Shown in pieces: positions 59,136-64,000 of a stretch of DNA of 64,000 nt (positions are counted from its first letter, which is position 1; every line of letters begins with the position of its first letter). Made by a program: the position numbers and the translations under genes. The DNA comes from Candidatus Eiseniibacteriota bacterium (GTDB lineage Bacteria > Eisenbacteria > RBG-16-71-46 > DASYSL01). The stretch covers positions 336-64,335 of the forward strand of contig JANOEH010000024.1 in assembly GCA_031413115.1 (NCBI GenBank). Direction: 5' to 3'. Under the pieces are notes generated by a model that was not told the DNA's origin, made no database searches, and worked only from the letters and a program-made list of their open reading frames with translations.

Positions 59136-59951
59136 TCAGGTGCGAACTGTCACCCGCATGAATGTCGCCGGGATCGACGTGCCCCCGGCCTTGTCGGTGT
59201 TCTGCGCGGCGGCCAGCGCGAGGAGCTGCGCCTGTAGATCCTGTTCCGTCCCGTTCTTCTGCGCCGCCTCGAACGCGTTCATCGTCGGGCCATAGAAGCT
59301 GCGGAACATCTCGATGACCTCCGCGGGGCTCTTGTCGGGTGACGTGAAGTTGAAGGTGTCCTTCGCCATCGAGATGCTCTCCGTGGCGATTCCCGCGTTC
59401 CCGAAGCGCTCGAGGATGTGGCTCTCCACGCCCCACGTCATCGGGCTCACGAAGCCCTCTGGCGGGGGCGGCGTGTACGACGAGCTGATCTTGAGCAGCT
59501 GCGAGACGAACGACGTCGGATCGTTCGGAATCCAGTTGCCCATCACGATACGGCCGCCTCGCTTCGTCACGCGCACCATCTCGGCGGCCACGTCGAACGG
59601 CCTGGGAGCGAACATCGCGCCGAAGACGGTGAGCGTGAGGTCGAAAGACTGGTCGGCGACGCCATCCAGCCGGCACGCATCGCCCCCCTGGAACTTCAGT
59701 CGGTCGAGGCCCGCAGCCTTCGCACGTCGATTGCCGGCGGCGACGAGATTTTCTGCGATGTCGATGCCGACCACCTCGGCCCCGAGCTGCGCGAGCGGAA
59801 TCGCGGTCGTGCCATCACCACAGCCGAGGTCGAGCGCCCGCAGCGGCGGCGCAATCCCCAATGACGCGACGAGTGCCTCACCAGACGGACGCATCAACGA
59901 AGCGATCGCGGTGAAGTCGCCCTTCTCCCATAAAGCCTTGTTCGGGTTCAT
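59136..59951 (-). CDS. Class I SAM-dependent methyltransferase
   Basis: ATG 59951 with GAGGAG 5 nt upstream; motif I LDLGCGDGTTAIPLAQLGAEVVGIDI. Confidence 0.85.
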   Translation of the reverse strand: MNPNKALWEKGDFTAIASLMRPSGEALVASLGIAPPLRALDLGCGDGTTAIPLAQLGAEVVGIDIAENLVAAGNRRAKAAGLDRLKFQGGDACRLDGVADQSFDLTLTVFGAMFAPRPFDVAAEMVRVTKRGGRIVMGNWIPNDPTSFVSQLLKISSSYTPPPPEGFVSPMTWGVESHILERFGNAGIATESISMAKDTFNFTSPDKSPAEVIEMFRSFYGPTMNAFEAAQKNGTEQDLQAQLLALAAAQNTDKAGGTSIPATFMRVTVRT

Positions 59952-60072
59952 GATTTCTCCTCTCGAGTCGCGCATGGACCAGGGACTGCGCCCGCGCTTT
60001 CTGTGGTCTGGAAGTGAAGCCTGCGGTCCGCTGCCGGTTGGGATGTCGCGACGAACTCGGGGAAAGGGGCGG

Positions 60073-61323
60073 TCATTCCGTCGCCCACAGGTTACGCAGG
60101 GGGACCGTGAATAGCCCGTTGCGGAAGTCGATGGTCGCGCTGCCATCGTACAGCACGACCCCCGCGACGAAGCGCCTCCCGGCCGCGTCCCGCAGCTTGC
60201 GAAGCCCACGGAGATCCGCTTCGACGACCGTTGCGGCGGCTTTCACTTCGATCCCGGCGACCGCCGATGGTCCCCGCTCCAGCACGATGTCCACCTCGAA
60301 GTCATCTCGATCGCGAAAGTGAGAGAAGCTGAGTGGCACCGGGCGCCAACTCGCCTGACGACGCAGCTCCCGCAGAACGAAGGTCTCCAGCATCGAACCC
60401 AACAACGGCCGGTCCGCATCGAGTTCCACGGCATCGATCCCGAGCAGGGAACAGGCGACCCCCGTGTCGCCCATGTGGAGCTTGGGTCGCTTGACCAGCC
60501 GGCTCAGCCGGTTCGTGTGCCATGACGGCAATCGTTCGAGCAGGAACACGCGTTCGAGCAGCGTGACGTAATCGTGGATCGTCTGGCGTGTCAGCTCGAA
60601 GGGAGCTGCAAGATCCGTGATGTTGATGAGCCGGGCTGTTTGCGTTGCGGCCAGGGTGAGTAGCTTGGGCAGCGCGTCGAGCGAGCGGATGCGGGTCAGG
60701 TCGCGGACGTCGCGCTGAATCTGCGTGTCGACGTAGTCGCGATACCAGGCGCGCCGCCGCGCGGAGGATCGGCGCGCGAGGGCGGCGGGATAGCCGCCGG
60801 CCGCGATGCGCTCGGCGAGGCCGCTGCCCAGGCGGTCGGTGATCCCCGTCCTGAATCCGCCGCGAAACAGCGTGTCGAGGAAACGTGGCCGCCTGTTCTC
60901 GATCTCGCACTGCGCGAAGGGATGGAGCCGTAGAAGCCCCATCCGCCCGGCAAGCGAATCGGCGAGTTTGGGGACGAACAGGACGTTGGCGGAGCCCGTG
61001 AGAATGAAGCGCCCCGGGGTTCTGCGCCGGTCGATGACGGCCTTGAGCGACGTGAACAGCTCGGGGACACGCTGCACCTCGTCGAGGATGGTCTTCGCCG
61101 GGAGGCGGTTCGCGAAGCCGACCGGGTCACTCTTGGCCGCGGCCCGTATGGCCTCATCGTCGAACGACACATATTGGTAGCCGCGGGGCTCGCCGACGGC
61201 GCGTGCCAGCGTCGTCTTTCCGCTCTGTCGCGGCCCGTGAATCAGGACGGCGGGGGTGTCGGCGAGCGCCTCGCGAAGGCGGGGCGCAAGGTAGCGTGGG
61301 ACGTTTGGGGCGGCTCGGCGCAT
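60073..61323 (-). CDS. AAA-family ATPase with DUF4143 (AAA_14/DUF4143 'ATP-binding protein')
   Basis: 416 aa; Walker A GPRQSGKTT; Walker B FILTGSANVL; C-terminal DUF4143-like region. Confidence 0.85.
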   Translation of the reverse strand: MRRAAPNVPRYLAPRLREALADTPAVLIHGPRQSGKTTLARAVGEPRGYQYVSFDDEAIRAAAKSDPVGFANRLPAKTILDEVQRVPELFTSLKAVIDRRRTPGRFILTGSANVLFVPKLADSLAGRMGLLRLHPFAQCEIENRRPRFLDTLFRGGFRTGITDRLGSGLAERIAAGGYPAALARRSSARRRAWYRDYVDTQIQRDVRDLTRIRSLDALPKLLTLAATQTARLINITDLAAPFELTRQTIHDYVTLLERVFLLERLPSWHTNRLSRLVKRPKLHMGDTGVACSLLGIDAVELDADRPLLGSMLETFVLRELRRQASWRPVPLSFSHFRDRDDFEVDIVLERGPSAVAGIEVKAAATVVEADLRGLRKLRDAAGRRFVAGVVLYDGSATIDFRNGLFTVPLRNLWATE

Positions 61324-61489
61324 GGCGGATGGCAGGACCGCCGGGCGGCTGAATGCAAGTTCAGATGTCGGCTGAACGCTAATATTGACGACGGCTGTTC
61401 GCTAGTATGCGAACGAGTTCATCGCGTGGTAAGGGGCCGACAGCTCTCGGTGTCGCGGGCGATGTGAATCAATCCTGGCCAGCCGGAGC

Positions 61490-62881
61490 CTAGTGCGTCG
61501 CATCCGGCGCCGGCAGCGGATGCATCGCCGTCACCGGCCGCTTCGTCTTCCACGTCCCGCGGCGGAACCAGCCGAGCACGATCAGCGCGCGCACCACGCA
61601 GGTGAGCGCGATCGTCCACGCGATGCCGTTCAGGCCCAGGCCCATCGCGTGCGCTGCGAAGCCCGCCAGCGGGAGGCGCAACAGCGACACCGTGACCGAG
61701 ATCGCCGAGGGCGGCAAGGTGTCCCCGGCGCCGGAGAACGCGCCATTGAGCACGATCTCGAGGCAGGCGAACGCCTGGCACGGCGCGAGGATGCGCAGGT
61801 ACGGCACGCCGCGGGCGATCACGTCGCGATCGGCGGTGAAGAACGACAGCAGCGCCTCCGGCGCGAACCACATCCACGCGGCGACGCCGAAGCCGAGCGT
61901 GCACATGAGCCCGACCGACAGCCACGCCGCGCGCTCGGCGCGCTCGGGTTGGCCGGCGCCCAGGTTCTGGCCCACGATCGCCTCGACCGCCAGCCCGAAG
62001 CCGACGGCCACGAGGTACGACAGCGATTCGATGCGATTGGCGATGCCGACCACCGCGAGCGCCGCGGTGCCGAACGTCGCCGCCGTGCGCGCCAGCCCCA
62101 GGTAGACGACTGAGTACAGGATGCCGATGAGCGCGAACGGCGCGCCGATTCGCGCGAGCGCCAGCTGGTAGGCGAGCGACGGCGACTGCAACGCCGCGAA
62201 GCTGAAGGGCAGCGCCGGGTGCATCTGCCAGGCCAGGCGCGCGTAGCACAGGACCGCGAACGTCTGCGCGATCACGGTCGCGATCGCCGCACCCGCGACG
62301 CCGAGCGCGGGAACCGGCCCCCACCCGAAGATGAGCAGCGGATCGAGCAGCGCATTCAGCGCCAGGCTCGACGCGACGATGATCATCGGCGTGCGAGTGT
62401 CGCCGGCGGCGCGCAGGATCGATTCGCCCAGCACATAGAGGAATGAGATCACCGCGCCGCCGACGATGATCTGCAGGAACGACGTGCCGGCGGCGGCGAC
62501 CTCGGGCGCGGCGCCAAGCGTGCGGAACAGCCACGGCACGGCGAACGGCCCCGCGAGCGAGATCACCACGCCCAGCGTGAGCGCGAGCCACAGCGCCTGC
62601 GCAGACGCATACGCCGCGCCGTCGCGCTCGCCGGCACCGATGTGGCGCGACACGGTCGCGGCGACGGCGACGCCAACCAGGTCGGCAAACGCCCACACGG
62701 TCCACACGGCGAAGAACGAGGTCGAGACGGCCGCGGTCGCCGTCGCGCCCAGCCGCCCGACCCACATGACGTCGATCCAGTGGTAGAGCGTGTGGCACAG
62801 CTGCATGATCACGACCGGCGCGGCGAGGCGGACCAGCGCCGACAGCAGCGGGCCGCGCGTCGGGTCGACGGGCTGGTTCAA
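61490..62881 (-). CDS. MATE family efflux transporter
   Basis: 463 aa, 12 TM; TTG start overlapping upstream stop (ATTGA); typical MATE N-terminus ...LLSALVRLAAPVVIMQL... Confidence 0.85.
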   Translation of the reverse strand: MNQPVDPTRGPLLSALVRLAAPVVIMQLCHTLYHWIDVMWVGRLGATATAAVSTSFFAVWTVWAFADLVGVAVAATVSRHIGAGERDGAAYASAQALWLALTLGVVISLAGPFAVPWLFRTLGAAPEVAAAGTSFLQIIVGGAVISFLYVLGESILRAAGDTRTPMIIVASSLALNALLDPLLIFGWGPVPALGVAGAAIATVIAQTFAVLCYARLAWQMHPALPFSFAALQSPSLAYQLALARIGAPFALIGILYSVVYLGLARTAATFGTAALAVVGIANRIESLSYLVAVGFGLAVEAIVGQNLGAGQPERAERAAWLSVGLMCTLGFGVAAWMWFAPEALLSFFTADRDVIARGVPYLRILAPCQAFACLEIVLNGAFSGAGDTLPPSAISVTVSLLRLPLAGFAAHAMGLGLNGIAWTIALTCVVRALIVLGWFRRGTWKTKRPVTAMHPLPAPDATH

Positions 62882-63177
62882 TCGCCCACCGAGCGATCGC
62901 GGGCGAGGAAGTCGCGGACGAACAGGTTGTATCCGGTGCCGCGCTGCGACTTCGCCTGCTCGTTGTAGCGGGCCTTCACCGACGGATCGGCGGACTGCCA
63001 GGCGTGGACGGCGCGGGCGAAGGCGAGACGGGCCGAGCGCTGTCCCGGGGTGCGCGGATTCCTGGGGGCGGCGTAGCGCTTGAAGTAGGGTCGGCCCTTC
63101 CGGCTCGACAGGATGTAGCCGCTGGCGAGGTGGGCGAGCAGTTCGTCGGTCAGGACCGGTGGTCTCTTGCGTGCCAT
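62878..63177 (-). CDS. Small hypothetical basic protein (99 aa), co-transcribed with MATE gene
   Basis: ATG 63177; read from 3' end of ORF 62878..63834; translationally coupled to MATE start. Confidence 0.4.
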   Translation of the reverse strand: MARKRPPVLTDELLAHLASGYILSSRKGRPYFKRYAAPRNPRTPGQRSARLAFARAVHAWQSADPSVKARYNEQAKSQRGTGYNLFVRDFLARDRSVGD

Positions 63178-63315
63178 GACGTCATTGAAACGGAGTTGAT
63201 ACGGACTTGCAAGCCATTGCTCCGGCTGCGGGCCCGCCTTGACCCGGCGCCTCGCTCCGGGCCATGATGCGCCCCACGAAGCGCGCCACGACTGAAGACG
63301 GATACGGAGGTCCAT

Positions 63316-63831
63316 GTGAAGCTGCTGATCCTGCTCATCGTCCTGCTCGCCGGTGCCTGGTTTGCCCCGGCCCCGGTCTCCCATGTCGAAGGCACGATCG
63401 AGATTGCAGCCAATCGCGAGCGCGTCTGGACGGTGCTTTCGGACCTGACGGGGGCCCGCCTGTGGGACCCGCAGATGAAGGAGGCCAAGCTCACGTCCGA
63501 CGCCAAGTCGGGCGTGGGGACCGAGCGATTCTCGGCCGGGGCCCTGGTCAAGACCCGCGAACGGGTCACCGAGTGGCTGCCCTACAATCGGATCGTCCTC
63601 GACGTCACCCATGAGCCGGCGCTGGCGAAGTTCGAGGAGAGCCGGATCGAGATCGAGCCCTCCGGGGCGGCAGGGACCCGCGTGCGCTGGGCGATGAACT
63701 ACCAGGTCAACGGGGGTTACCTGGGCAACCTGGCCGACCAATTTGTCTTTGGCAGCGTCCACCAGGGCCGGATCGACGACGGGCTGAGCAACCTCAAGCG
63801 CTACGCCGAAACGGGCGAAGTGCGTTTCTGA
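63316..63831 (+). CDS. SRPBCC family protein (polyketide cyclase/START-like) with N-terminal signal/TM
   Basis: 171 aa; MKLLILLIVLLAGAWFAPA then SRPBCC-like sequence. Confidence 0.8.
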   Translation: MKLLILLIVLLAGAWFAPAPVSHVEGTIEIAANRERVWTVLSDLTGARLWDPQMKEAKLTSDAKSGVGTERFSAGALVKTRERVTEWLPYNRIVLDVTHEPALAKFEESRIEIEPSGAAGTRVRWAMNYQVNGGYLGNLADQFVFGSVHQGRIDDGLSNLKRYAETGEVRF

Positions 63832-63890
63832 CAAGGGGCTGCGGTGTTGATGGCTGGCGGAATCGCCCCCGGCCGTTGTACCATGAACCC

Positions 63891-64000
63891 ATGGCCGTTC
63901 ATACCGAACACCCGCAAGGACAGCACTCCTTCCTCCTGCGCGAGGGAGTCTGGGAAGCCGAGGGAATGGGCTATGTCGCGGCGGATGCCGTGGAGGCCCG
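63891..64000 (+). CDS. 5' end of an unidentified CDS (partial, runs off window)
   Basis: ATG at 63891 opens a frame with coding-like GC3 to the window end; only ~36 codons visible. Confidence 0.2.
   Translation, partial: MAVHTEHPQGQHSFLLREGVWEAEGMGYVAADAVEA

Overview
A high-GC bacterial chromosomal segment, roughly two-thirds G+C by eye. GC3 is strongly skewed in the real reading frames, and the many long antisense or out-of-frame 'ORFs' in the track are treated as artefacts. Two proteins carry FlgD-Ig/T9SS-type C-terminal domains and one has a lamin-tail domain, which hints at a Gemmatimonadota/FCB-like lineage. That lineage is inference only.

Content from 5' to 3':
- (1) A heavy-metal resistance islet on the plus strand: a His-rich exported protein, then czcC-czcB-(PII-like)-czcA, HupE/UreJ and a membrane-anchored hypothetical.
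- A second, convergent HME-RND operon on the minus strand (cusC-cusB-cusA-like), preceded by a Cys-rich exported ORF.
- Between the two operons sit an SRPBCC gene and a TonB-family gene.
- (2) Cell-envelope and miscellaneous genes: a lamin-tail-domain protein with an FlgD-like CTD, an L,D-transpeptidase and a dienelactone hydrolase.
- (3) A LytTR two-component system. It lies directly upstream of a tightly coupled operon of a small exported Cys peptide, a membrane protein and DUF4386, and is itself preceded by a DCC/DUF393 thiol-disulfide oxidoreductase gene.
- (4) A membrane protein with a C-terminal PI-PLC-X-like phosphodiesterase domain, a small lower-GC NIPSNAP/ABM-like gene, and a TonB-dependent receptor with a long leader.
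- (5) DUF4403, a secreted Cys-rich protein, an ~898-aa coiled-coil protein, and an AcrAB-type RND pair.
- (6) A minus-strand operon of M48 peptidase, an unknown protein, a small TM protein and a CarbopepD_reg-like protein, preceded by a second secreted Cys-rich GEVED-like protein. This protein ends in the same C-terminal dodecapeptide (SSWGxhKxxYR) as the one in (5).
- (7) A coiled-coil membrane protein, RlpA, and an ABC ATPase with an ABC-2 permease fused to an M1-aminopeptidase domain.
- An M28 peptidase and a decayed ArsR-SRPBCC locus.
- A large FG-GAP/VCBS protein with an FlgD-like CTD.
- queD-queE.
- DUF1207, an alpha/beta hydrolase, DUF1254/DUF1214, a methyltransferase, an AAA/DUF4143 ATPase, a MATE transporter and SRPBCC.

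No rRNA, tRNA, CRISPR array, transposase or integrase was recognised. Coordinates come from ORF-track frames plus amino-acid counting, so start codons are approximate (±1 codon in places).
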